A DNA stretch of 64,000 bases from positions 62,001 to 126,000 of the forward strand of contig CAWKCK010000017.1 of NCBI GenBank assembly GCA_963848135.1, read 5' to 3'. The notes below the pieces were generated by a model, which worked only from the letters and a program-made list of their open reading frames with translations, did no database searches and had not been told where the DNA came from. Shown here in pieces: positions 32,410 to 41,967 of this stretch; position 1 is the stretch's first letter, and each line of letters opens with the position of its first letter. A program made the position numbers and the translations under genes. The DNA comes from an uncultured delta proteobacterium. GTDB lineage: Bacteria; Desulfobacterota; Desulfobacteria; Desulfobacterales; SG8-13.

Positions 32410-34003
32410 CTACCGAAGCAGATAAGGGATCTCCACCCAGAGGGCATCATGGGGACATTCCACTTCGCACGGCAGGCAGAACCAGCAGGTGCGGTACTTG
32501 CCGAAAGGCGCCCCGCAACCGTAGCAGCGACCGGCTTCCTGTCTTGCGGCTTCCATCGGCAGTACCGTTTCCACTTCCTTGAAATCACCCTTCCCCGTGA
32601 ATCGGCGCCAACGGGGCTGTATGCGTTTGTCTGCCGATCCCCGGGAGGTGTCGATCTCGAATTCGGTTTCATAAGGTCCCGGATAGGCCCGGCCGTAGGC
32701 CAGATGCTGTCCACTGAACAGCCGGTGGACACTTTCGGCCGCCCGGCGTCCGGATGCCATGGCCTCGACGATGGTCGACGGGCCGCCCACCGCATCACCG
32801 GCCCAGAAGACCGATTCCTCATCGGTCTGCAGTGTCAGTAGGGTCACACGTTGCGGCCTGTCGGGCCAGGGCCGGTTCCCGATCCTGGCCGATGGCGATG
32901 ATGACCATATCCGCATCGACCGACTGGAGCGCACACTCGTCAAATCGCGGCGCAAACCGACCCAGGGAATCGAACACGGCCAGGCAACGCTGCAGCTCCA
33001 CGCCCGAGACCTTCTCGTCCGTCGACAGTATCCGCAACGGCCCCCATGACCCTTCCAGTTCCACGCCTTCGGATTCGGCCAGATCCAATGCTTCGCGGCT
33101 GGCCGGCAATATATCGCGGCTTTCGAGACTGACCACCCGAACCTTTTCGGCACCCAGGCGAAGAGCGGTCTGGGCGGAATCGAGGGCCACGTCCCCGCCG
33201 CCGATCACCACGACATGTTTGCCTATTTTCGGCGGGTTCCCGTCACGAACCTGCCGAAGAAAATTCAGGGCATGGACGACGCCTTGCGCGTCTTCGCCCT
33301 GGATGCCCAGCTGTTTGGGCCGGGGGCAGCCGGTGGCCAAAATCACGGCATCGCAGGTTGCGGACAATGCGTCAAGATCGAGTTCGCGTCCCAAATGTTT
33401 TCCTCCCACAAATTGAACGCCCAGCGTCGCAAGCTTTGCCCATTCGGCCGCTAATACCGATTCCGGGATTCGAAAGGCTGGAATCGCCCAGCGCAACATA
33501 CCACCGGGTTCAGTTTCGGCATCGTAAACCGTCACCCGGTGTCCCCTCACAAGCAGGTCAAAAGCAGCCACCATACCTGCCGGTCCGGATCCGACCACCA
33601 CACAGTGTTTTCCAGTCGGCGCTGCCTTGTCCGGAACCCTCGGTGAACTGCCGGCCACCAGGTCGCTGACATAGCGTTTCAGAGCCCGGATCGCCACAGC
33701 TTCGCCCTCGGTGGTCTTTCGATGGCAAGTGGTTTCGCACGGGGCCGAGCAGAGACGCCCCAGGATGGCCGGAAAGGGCAGCTCCCGTTCCACCATTTCC
33801 AGGGCCTCCTCTTCGCGGCCGCGCAGAATCAGCTGAACATATCCCTGGCAGTTAACTTCCAATGGGCAGGCCTGGCGGCAGGGTGCCAGTTTCATCCGCA
33901 GGTTGTCCAATATACAGGTGTCCACGCAGATTCCGCAAGTCGTGCATTTATCGGGATCCACGACGATGTTATCCGACAGGGCTTCGAGGAGATTTATGCG
34001 CAT
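32410..34003 (-). CDS. Fe-S/FAD NAD(P)H oxidoreductase (GltD/NfnB-like core flanked by ferredoxin half-motifs); net +1 frameshift at ~32840
   Basis: CTTCGICVDTC, APCRQACP, RLCSAPCETTC, VVGSGPAG, VIGGGDVALD, AGDAVGGP, EAGRCYGC and CWFCLPCEVECP. ~530 aa when joined. Confidence 0.85.
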
Positions 34004-35676
34004 GCGGCACCCCCTTTGTCCTTCATTTTGACGATCTCTTTGTGCGAGATGTCGATGTCGTCAACCGCCGCGCCCTTTTTGAGAATGATGTGTTTGCGCC
34101 AGTTGGCGTCGTCTTTTTCGGGAAAATCGCTGCGAAAGTGCCACGGCAACCAGCGACTCTCGGTCCGCTCGAGGGAGGCGGTTGCACTCAAGACAGCGCA
34201 CTGGATGATATTTTCAACTTCATAGGTCTTGAACAGATCATGGTGGTCGCGCACGAATACCATTTCATCGAGTTCCTGACGGAAACGGGCCATCCACCAC
34301 AACACCCGATTGAGTTTGTAGGCGTTTTTGGGTGGCGTCAAGTAGTCGCTGATGATGCGCCGCACCTTGTATTCGAACTCCTCTACGGCCACCGGATTCT
34401 GGTGTTGGCCCAGGCGTTTTTGCCGCTTGGCCAAAAAGGCGTCGATCTGGGCCGGCACCGCCTCGGCCATATCAACGGATGCCGCGTATTCACTGGCACT
34501 CTCGGCACAAATTTCACCGTAGACAAAAGCGCCGGAGAGATGGCCCCGGGCGCATAAAGAGGTGTCACCGGCCGCATAGAGGCCGGGCACACTGCTCTCG
34601 CCCTTTTCGTTTATACGCACACCGGTCATTCCGTGGCCGCCGCAAAGATAGACCTCGGTGGGCCAGAGTTCAATTTCACCGGTGCGAAAATCGTTATCCC
34701 GACCGGCGTGAAAGCGCTCGCAAGCCGGCCGCTCGGTTGTGAAGAGAATGTCCTCGATCTCCTTGATCTTTTCCTCGGGCAGGTGATCCATGCGGATGCG
34801 CAGCGGCCCGGAATGGTCGAAAAAGTCCTCCATGCACATGCTTTTTATGGAGGGATGCGATTTGTCGCGCCGCTCGCCAAACGCGTTGAGCAAATGGGCG
34901 CCGCGTGTCAGGGTAATGTAAAGCAGAGGCGCGTTGATGTCCTTTGTGATGTAGTAATGCAACGTGTACTCGAAGCCGCTGAGTTCGGCGCCGGCCCGGT
35001 ACGCCAGGCAATAACCGTCGCCGGTGTTACCGGGAAAGTCATAGACCCCGTAAAGGTTGCCGTTGGACGGCAGGCCAAAGCGGGCCGTCCCTCCGGCGCT
35101 GAGAATCACGCTTTTGGCGCGTATCACCAAGAACTCACCGCTGCGTACGTTGATGGCGATGACGCCCGCCACCCTTCCGTCTTCGATGAGGATCTCGGCG
35201 GCCATGGTGCGGTTGAGCACTTTGGCGCCGCCGTTGATCAATCGCTGGTAGAGGATGGCTTTGAGTTCCGGCTCTTTCATGGTGACGCAGAAACGCCCCT
35301 TGGGGTGTACCTGCAGAATCTCATAACTCCCCTGGTCATCGGTGGGAAAGCACACCCCCCAGTCGATCAGCTTTTTCATCAAAGGCCAGCTGCGTTCGGC
35401 CATGCGATAGTTGACCGGCTCATCCATTATACCTTCACAGGCGAGGGCGTTGGATTCCACATAGAGCTCGGGAGTGGCGACCCCGGGAACCGCAACGATA
35501 TTCAACGCATCCATGCCCCGGGCGATGCACCCGGAATATTTGGCGTCCCCTTTTTCAAGCACGATGACCTCCTGGTCCGGACGCACCTCCTTGGCGCGGA
35601 TCCCGGCCATGGCACCGGCACTTCCGCCACCCACCACGAGGACATCACATTGCATTACAGGATAATCGACAGTCAT
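33994..35676 (-). CDS. AprA-like flavoprotein (succinate dehydrogenase/fumarate reductase/APS reductase superfamily)
   Basis: DVLVVGGGSAG, SGCIARGMDALN, NTGDG, PGLYAAGD and ERTESRW..HFRSDFPEKDDANW. Confidence 0.85.
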   Translation of the reverse strand: MTVDYPVMQCDVLVVGGGSAGAMAGIRAKEVRPDQEVIVLEKGDAKYSGCIARGMDALNIVAVPGVATPELYVESNALACEGIMDEPVNYRMAERSWPLMKKLIDWGVCFPTDDQGSYEILQVHPKGRFCVTMKEPELKAILYQRLINGGAKVLNRTMAAEILIEDGRVAGVIAINVRSGEFLVIRAKSVILSAGGTARFGLPSNGNLYGVYDFPGNTGDGYCLAYRAGAELSGFEYTLHYYITKDINAPLLYITLTRGAHLLNAFGERRDKSHPSIKSMCMEDFFDHSGPLRIRMDHLPEEKIKEIEDILFTTERPACERFHAGRDNDFRTGEIELWPTEVYLCGGHGMTGVRINEKGESSVPGLYAAGDTSLCARGHLSGAFVYGEICAESASEYAASVDMAEAVPAQIDAFLAKRQKRLGQHQNPVAVEEFEYKVRRIISDYLTPPKNAYKLNRVLWWMARFRQELDEMVFVRDHHDLFKTYEVENIIQCAVLSATASLERTESRWLPWHFRSDFPEKDDANWRKHIILKKGAAVDDIDISHKEIVKMKDKGGAACA

Positions 35677-35754
35677 AGTGGCTCCGTAAGTTTAGTTTGT
35701 TGGTTCGTTACTGTTTAATCTCGAGACGTGTCATTACGTTGGTTGAGATACCCA

Positions 35755-36555
35755 TCACGGACCGGCGGTGGCTATTAGCCCTGGGAATTCCCTATAGATC
35801 AACCTATCGGCTGTGTTGCAATAACTCACTTGGTATTCGTAGATCGTGTTCCGCGTCGTGATCGCCATCATCGTAATCTTTTGCACCGGTGCACCGGATT
35901 CAATCTGCAGCATGTTCGCCACCTCGGCAGTCGCCGCCGCGGCGCCAAAGAGTTCCCTCGTGGCAAGGGTCGGCATGCTGTATTCGTTTTCCACCAAACG
36001 GTAGATCGGGGTTTCTTCAAGGTCCTGGGGCGAAAACTTGCCGAAATCTGCAAATAAGTCCCGGGGCAGGTAGGAGGTCACATATACCAGCGGTTGGGCT
36101 CCGAGTAAAAACTGACGGTGGATTTCGAACACCTCGTCGTCCAATACTCGGCCCAATTTGACAGCAATGTCGGGTTGGGAATTAAGGCGCGGTGGATGCA
36201 GGCATTTGATCGTCAGTGCTGGTACTTGATCGTCAAAACCGCCGACAAAACGAAAATACCGAAGAGCATCGCTATGTTCGATTGACTTTCTGACGAAGGT
36301 CCCGCGGCCCTGTTCCCGCGACAGATACCCCTGGGTCACCAGATTACGAAGGGCATTTCGAACAGTGCCCACACTGGCATCGAATATGCGGGCGAGTTCA
36401 CGCTCGGGCGGTATGCGGTCCCCCGGAGTCCAGTCTCCCTTCCGGATTCGATTCAGGATGCTGTCCTGAATCCGACCGTACTTGGGCTTTTGGGCGTCTG
36501 AAACGAACAGGTCAATTGGTGCGTCTGCTTTTTTAAAGGCCACTGACCATACCAT
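35755..36555 (-). CDS. GntR-family (HutC/UTRA) transcriptional regulator; start uncertain
   Basis: PGDRIPPERELA..SVGTVRNAL..QGRGTFV wHTH and a C-terminal UTRA-like domain. Confidence 0.9.
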   Translation of the reverse strand: MVWSVAFKKADAPIDLFVSDAQKPKYGRIQDSILNRIRKGDWTPGDRIPPERELARIFDASVGTVRNALRNLVTQGYLSREQGRGTFVRKSIEHSDALRYFRFVGGFDDQVPALTIKCLHPPRLNSQPDIAVKLGRVLDDEVFEIHRQFLLGAQPLVYVTSYLPRDLFADFGKFSPQDLEETPIYRLVENEYSMPTLATRELFGAAAATAEVANMLQIESGAPVQKITMMAITTRNTIYEYQVSYCNTADRLIYREFPGLIATAGP

Positions 36556-36845
36556 TAAAGGTATTGTTGGTGGTTGTCAAAAAAACGATCCGTTATTCCA
36601 CCGTCTGCTTCACCAACCACTGATACCACCTTTCCACTTTTCAGAATTTATTTTAAAAATCGGTATAAATGTCGCCAGAAATGGCGGGAAAGAAAATTGA
36701 ACTAAACATATATAGCAATTGGGTGTCAAGATCTCAGCGGTACATTTTACAATTTTTCAGCAATCAGTCTCCAGTGTCTTCGGAAGCGGATGAAAACCCC
36801 TTATAGTCGTTGTCAAAAAAACGTTCCGTTAATGGACTTATGGGC

Positions 36846-37913
36846 CTACTTCGGTGCTTCCGTGTGGGCGGGATAGCTGCCGAGGACTTTCAGCGAAATG
36901 GTCAATTTTTCCATTTTGCTGAGAACATCGGCTATCTTCTCATCTTTACCCGAACCTTCGAAGTCGAGGAAAAAACAGTAATTAAGGGGATCCGATCGCA
37001 GGGGCATCGAGGCGATCCGGGTCAGGTTAATCTTGTTTTCGGCAAACAGGCGCAGCACCGCGTATAGCCGTCCGGCTTCATGCGGGGTGGCGAAGATGAT
37101 CGATGTCTTTTCACCTTTGCCTTCAAATGGCTCCCGGGCCAATAGCAGAAACCGGGTGGTGTTGGCCGGACCGTCTTCGATGCCTTCCTTGATGATCTCG
37201 AGGTCATAGAGTTCGGCGCAAAGCCTGCTCGAAATCGCCGCTGCGGCCCGCGGATTTTCCCGGGCCAACATTTTCGCGGCGCCGGCTGTGTCATAGAAAG
37301 GCCGTGCCTCCAAATTGTTGCGCATGAGAAAGTTCCGGCACTGTGCCAAGGCCTGGGGGTGGGAATAGACCAATCGGATTTCGCGATAATCGGTGGCTTC
37401 GGTGGCAAGAAGACAGTGCCTGACGAGGATCCTGGCCTCACCGATCACCTTCAGGTTTGTGGTCGTCAACAGGTCGTTGACCTGGGTGACAGCCCCTTCC
37501 AGGGAATTTTCGACAGGTACCACCCCAAAATCCAGGTATCCCTCTTCGACACCGCGAAAAACATCGACAAATTCAAGGCAAGGAATGAAGGCACCGCCGG
37601 GCATCAGCAGGCGGGCGGCCACCTCACCGTAGGCCCCATGTTCCCCTTGGAAAGCGACCAGCTTACGGTCCTCTTCCTGCAGGCGTTTGCTCTCCTCAAT
37701 AATCGTTTTGAGCAGTTGCCGGGTAAACGAGCGTTCAACCAGGTCCAGGTTGAGACGTTCGGCACGGGTCAGGACATCTTCCTCCCGATTGGGATCGGTG
37801 ACGTTCTGCTTGAACTTTTTAGATCTCAGGGCCATTCCCATTCGTTCCTGCAGCAGAACCAAGAGTTCCCGATCTATTTTATCGATTTTTTTCCTGATAT
37901 CTTCGAGCTTCAT
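36846..37913 (-). CDS. pheA: Chorismate mutase / prephenate dehydratase
   Basis: LEDIRKKIDKID, FQGEHGAY, PVENSLEG, SHPQALAQC, NTTRF and INLTRIASMP (ACT domain). Confidence 0.93.
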   Translation of the reverse strand: MKLEDIRKKIDKIDRELLVLLQERMGMALRSKKFKQNVTDPNREEDVLTRAERLNLDLVERSFTRQLLKTIIEESKRLQEEDRKLVAFQGEHGAYGEVAARLLMPGGAFIPCLEFVDVFRGVEEGYLDFGVVPVENSLEGAVTQVNDLLTTTNLKVIGEARILVRHCLLATEATDYREIRLVYSHPQALAQCRNFLMRNNLEARPFYDTAGAAKMLARENPRAAAAISSRLCAELYDLEIIKEGIEDGPANTTRFLLLAREPFEGKGEKTSIIFATPHEAGRLYAVLRLFAENKINLTRIASMPLRSDPLNYCFFLDFEGSGKDEKIADVLSKMEKLTISLKVLGSYPAHTEAPK

Positions 37914-37946
37914 TCTGTCACCTCGCCTGTTAAACACCCGGTTATA

Positions 37947-38762
37947 TTATTCGGGCAGTTTTTCCATAAATGTCTTCAGCGGTCTCACCCGTTTCATCAA
38001 TTCCGCGAACATCTGCGGAGTGAGCGCCTGGTCCGCATCGCTCAGCGCCTCCTGGGGATTGTTGTGTACCTCGACGATCATTCCATCAGCGCCGGCCGCC
38101 ACGGCAGCCAGACTCATCGGCCCGATCAGGCTGAGACGACCTGTGCCGTGCGTGGGATCGACAATAATCGGCAAATGGGTCAGCTCCTTGATAGAGGGAA
38201 CGGCACTCAAGTCCAGGGTGTTACGGGTGTATTTTTCGAACGTACGGATCCCCCGCTCACAGAGGATGACGTTGGGGTTGCCCTCGCTGAGAATGTACTC
38301 GGCGCAATTGAGCCACTCCTCCAATGTCGAGTACATGCCGCGTTTCAGGAGCACCGGTCGATCAGATCGGCCTACCTCTTTGAGAAGCGCGTAATTCTGC
38401 ATGTTGCGGGTGCCGATCTGGAGAATATCGGCAAACTCGGAAACCCAGGAAACGTCTCTCGGATCGATCACCTCGGTAACAATCGGCAGACCGGTTTCTT
38501 GCCTGGCCTTCTCGAGGATTTTCAAACCGCCAAGACCCAACCCCTGAAACGAATAGGGGGACGTGCGTGGTTTGAAAGCCCCACCGCGCAACATATCCGC
38601 CCCGGCGGCCTTTACGGCCCGGGCGGTTTCGATGGTCTGCGCCTCGCTTTCAACACCGCAAGGCCCGGCGATAACCACAAACTGGTTACCGATTTCAATG
38701 TTACCCACCTGGACAACGGTCTTCTGTCCTTTTTCTCCCGATGCAAGTTTTAGATTTTTCAT
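37947..38762 (-). CDS. aroF: DAHP synthase, class I-beta (no N-terminal regulatory domain)
   Basis: [46 protein letters not shown] and DPTHGTG. Confidence 0.93.
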   Translation of the reverse strand: MKNLKLASGEKGQKTVVQVGNIEIGNQFVVIAGPCGVESEAQTIETARAVKAAGADMLRGGAFKPRTSPYSFQGLGLGGLKILEKARQETGLPIVTEVIDPRDVSWVSEFADILQIGTRNMQNYALLKEVGRSDRPVLLKRGMYSTLEEWLNCAEYILSEGNPNVILCERGIRTFEKYTRNTLDLSAVPSIKELTHLPIIVDPTHGTGRLSLIGPMSLAAVAAGADGMIVEVHNNPQEALSDADQALTPQMFAELMKRVRPLKTFMEKLPE

Positions 38763-38975
38763 GGCTGATCCAATTGTTGACCTTGAGATATGAATGCCCG
38801 CCGACCCTTGTACCTCGCACAAACCCCGCAAAAGGGGCAATGGACCATTCACGCGTTTGTTTCATAAGGAAAAATTTGTTTATATCGCAGCTTTTTTCAA
38901 AAAGATCAAATTTAAATTCCTTATAAATGAAGCGGTTCCCCCTCCAAGTAATATCTGAGACACTCACTTTCGGTA

Positions 38976-39584
38976 TTATTCAGATTGGGTTGACCTGTCC
39001 TTCGTTAACCATCTGACGGCTGCCGACACAATTGACACTATCCCGGCAATCGGAATGAGCAGTAGTAATATGATGATAAGAGCGCCAATGGCGGGTAACC
39101 CGAACGCTATGAGCAGAACGGAAAAATCACCGGTTTTCGCACAGATGTATTCGCCCTTGAATAACGCCCAGTCAACAGCGGTTGCGACAGGCAGGGAGAA
39201 TAGAGCGATTATGAATATCGTCGCTTGTAAATTGGATGGCGAATGCCTATCAAACCTGAGAAATCCAATTTTGTCCAAGATAACGAAAAGATAGTAAATC
39301 CCAAACGGCAAGAGCAATAGGGGAATGGTTGAGACAATACGGAATGAAAAGCCGAGTTCCGGGCCTGCCCAGAAGGGCAAAGACCCAATGCCGGTGGCAA
39401 CGAGGCAATAAATCGCGAGAAAATATCTGCTTCTTGAAGGGAAAATCCCCTTGCACAATAAAAAGAAAGGAAACCCGGTTAAATATGCCAAAATGGTTAA
39501 TATCAAGGATGATTCAAAAATCCCGAACTGCTCGATAAGTCCCACAAATATGTAGGTATGAATCGCCTCGATCATATAGGGCAT
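38976..39584 (-). CDS. Hypothetical integral membrane protein
   Basis: 202 aa with ~5-6 hydrophobic segments. Confidence 0.55.
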   Translation of the reverse strand: MPYMIEAIHTYIFVGLIEQFGIFESSLILTILAYLTGFPFFLLCKGIFPSRSRYFLAIYCLVATGIGSLPFWAGPELGFSFRIVSTIPLLLLPFGIYYLFVILDKIGFLRFDRHSPSNLQATIFIIALFSLPVATAVDWALFKGEYICAKTGDFSVLLIAFGLPAIGALIIILLLLIPIAGIVSIVSAAVRWLTKDRSTQSE

Positions 39585-39713
39585 TGATCACCAATAAAAT
39601 AGCTTTTAAGCCCAGAGTGAAACTCGCCCACTCTGTCTGAAGGCAGAAACACTTGAAATCAAGTGCATAACTGCAGGCTCTCTGGGGCTGTCGCCAACCG
39701 AAGAGACGCTGAG

Positions 39714-40190
39714 TCAACCCTTTTCCATCGTCTTCATTTTCTCCCCAGTTTGCCATGTCCGATAGCGAACTTCGACGCCTTCAGGAACATATACCACGAT
39801 GGGCAAGCGGCTGTTATAGCGGATGAGATATGGTTCGCCACCGAGCGTGATAAATCGATCGACCTTCGGCGCATTTGGATCGACGCCCATAAGCGTGCCG
39901 GCCATTGGGCCGATCTTGTCGACAGTGTAACGTGGATATCCCCAGCCCGTGATCGTTTCCTTTTCAATATGACCGCCGAAAAAGTACTTGTTCACTTCGT
40001 CAACCTGAACTGTTTTGCCGACGATCAGCTCCACCTTGAAAACGGACTCATCATCCTGCTTCGGAAGCTGCAAGACATATCGAACCATCCCGTCCTTGGC
40101 CGGGGGAAATGCCTTCATGTTGTCCGTCGCTTGGGCTGATATTACTGCACTAAAAAACGATAAAACTGCGATTGAAAACACCTTACTCAT
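39714..40190 (-). CDS. eco: Ecotin-family serine protease inhibitor
   Basis: Signal peptide, FPPAKDGMVR, KVELIVGK, GWGY, GTLMG and RYNSRLPIVVYVPEGVEVRYR. Confidence 0.9.
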   Translation of the reverse strand: MSKVFSIAVLSFFSAVISAQATDNMKAFPPAKDGMVRYVLQLPKQDDESVFKVELIVGKTVQVDEVNKYFFGGHIEKETITGWGYPRYTVDKIGPMAGTLMGVDPNAPKVDRFITLGGEPYLIRYNSRLPIVVYVPEGVEVRYRTWQTGEKMKTMEKG

Positions 40191-40291
40191 ATTTCCCTCT
40201 CATGATGAATGATTAATTTACCGACATTAATCTATTTTTTTGAATACCAACGACATTCCGCTGTCATCCGTCAATACCAACCGACCGTCTT

Positions 40292-40741
40292 TTATCGCGT
40301 AACGTAGCGTCTTGTCCTGGGTTCTTTTTGGCGTGTTAAAATGTAGCGCTCACTGAGGTCACCGGCAACAGGTTTCCCATGAATGTCGCGCAATATTAAT
40401 CCTCGCGGATGCATTTCGAAATACTTCAGCCCGTTGTCGCTTTTATCGAGAACGACGGCGTCACCCTCGATCGTATAGTTTCCCGTTTGAACAACCGGCT
40501 GTTCGGATTTATCCGTGTAGAATAACGATTCAGCGTATGAGCCGTCCTCGCTTAACAGCAGTTCGTACACGATGCCGGGGCAATCGGCGCAAGGGATATA
40601 TCCCTCGTATCGACCCGGCACGGATTCAGGCGTCGGCATGACGCCCGTTTCACCACTGGCGGTTACCATAATGCCTGATAGAAAAACGGTTAGCGTAAAT
40701 ACCGATATGTTAAAAAATAAAATTGATCTGGATCTTCTCAT
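40292..40741 (-). CDS. NlpE N-terminal-domain protein
   Basis: YEGYIPCADCPGIVYELLL motif after a hydrophobic N-terminus; start uncertain. Confidence 0.75.
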   Translation of the reverse strand: MRRSRSILFFNISVFTLTVFLSGIMVTASGETGVMPTPESVPGRYEGYIPCADCPGIVYELLLSEDGSYAESLFYTDKSEQPVVQTGNYTIEGDAVVLDKSDNGLKYFEMHPRGLILRDIHGKPVAGDLSERYILTRQKEPRTRRYVTR

Positions 40742-40795
40742 TGGGAACAGCCGCCTGAATTTAAGAAGTGTGGAAGCATATTCAATCAAAAGCGG

Positions 40796-41932
40796 TCAGT
40801 TTCGGTTGAATTTCATCGTTAGAAATCGTGGATAGTATATCCGATCGTTCTGAACAACGTTATCGAATTTAACCGAGTTCGTCACATAGGTCAGCACCAA
40901 CCCATCGCCATTCAGGTGAGGATGCGCTTTAGCGGCATATATCATGATATCCGTCATGTGGCGTTCCTCCGGTAGATAAAACCGAGTGAGCGGACGCCAT
41001 GGACCGGTTAGCGTTTTTGCCCATCTCATTCCAATCAAAGCAGGACCGAAACCAACAGATTGAATCTCCAAGAATTGGCCAATCTCGGGTTCGAAATGAA
41101 TGCTAAATTCGCTTTGTCCTTCCGCGAACAGTGGTACCGGCGGATCATCGAGTCGTGGCGCGACCTTCCAGCCACTATTCGGCCCCATCCACCACTGTGG
41201 TCGATTGAGCTTTCCGATAACAACGTCCGATATGTGCCAACGCACCGCATGAATATCCCGTGTCGCTGGCCGGTACCCATAGGCATAAATGAAATTATCT
41301 CGACGCAGAACGCTGCCGGAGCCCACGAGCACTCCAAAATTTTGCGACGGTTCTGCCAACCATTTCAATTGCCAGCTTGAAGGCCGGGAGTCAATATTAG
41401 ACAACATGATGCCACGCCATCCAATGGCATCAAATCCAAGCGCGTTGCCGGCGCTTTGTATGACCATCAAAAATATTAAAACCTTTGAATCGAGCCGGAT
41501 GCCGTGCCCGGGCCAATGCCAGGCGCCACTCTTTTCCGGGAAAAAGGACTCTGGATGTAACTGCGAGCCTCTCCAATAAAATTCAATGGTCGCTTTCGAC
41601 GGATCATAACCGCTTTGAATCCCGATGGTATTTCTCACGAAGGTAGATTCACTTCTGAGGCGTTTATCACTTTTTGCGATGAAACTATCACCAAAAAGCC
41701 ACAGGATACGACCGTCTTTCAGGTCGATAGAGTAGGCGTCATCAGCCCCCAGCCAATGGGGGTCATTTCTGAACAATCTATCAGCCTCTTCCCATGTCTC
41801 GGTTTGTATAGAATTTGCGACTGAGAATGGCTGTTCCTCGATGTTGGAACAGCTGCATATAACTGCGATCAACACCAACAAGAAGATCGAAAACGATATT
41901 TTCCTGTACTTCTTCACGATGAAATCAGCCAA
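40796..41932 (-). CDS. Putative lipoprotein, DUF4185/DUF5005-like
   Basis: Lipobox-like VICSC; WLGADDAYSIDL..GRILWLFGDSF; YAAKAHPHL. Confidence 0.6.
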   Translation of the reverse strand: MADFIVKKYRKISFSIFLLVLIAVICSCSNIEEQPFSVANSIQTETWEEADRLFRNDPHWLGADDAYSIDLKDGRILWLFGDSFIAKSDKRLRSESTFVRNTIGIQSGYDPSKATIEFYWRGSQLHPESFFPEKSGAWHWPGHGIRLDSKVLIFLMVIQSAGNALGFDAIGWRGIMLSNIDSRPSSWQLKWLAEPSQNFGVLVGSGSVLRRDNFIYAYGYRPATRDIHAVRWHISDVVIGKLNRPQWWMGPNSGWKVAPRLDDPPVPLFAEGQSEFSIHFEPEIGQFLEIQSVGFGPALIGMRWAKTLTGPWRPLTRFYLPEERHMTDIMIYAAKAHPHLNGDGLVLTYVTNSVKFDNVVQNDRIYYPRFLTMKFNRN

Positions 41933-41967
41933 AATAATTACCCAACAAACGCTGCTCTGACGTAAAC

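Noticed and set aside
32410..34003. Calling the oxidoreductase DsrL or GltD
   Set aside because: No dsr or gltB genes are adjacent, and the ferredoxin motifs are split across both termini.
33994..35676. Calling the flavoprotein dissimilatory APS reductase (aprA) or sdhA/frdA
   Set aside because: It is shorter than typical AprA with a different active-site segment, lacks the covalent-FAD His motif of SdhA/FrdA, and has no qmo, sat or membrane anchor genes nearby.
37359..38753. 464-aa + strand ORF
   Set aside because: Antisense shadow of aroF-pheA with no motifs.
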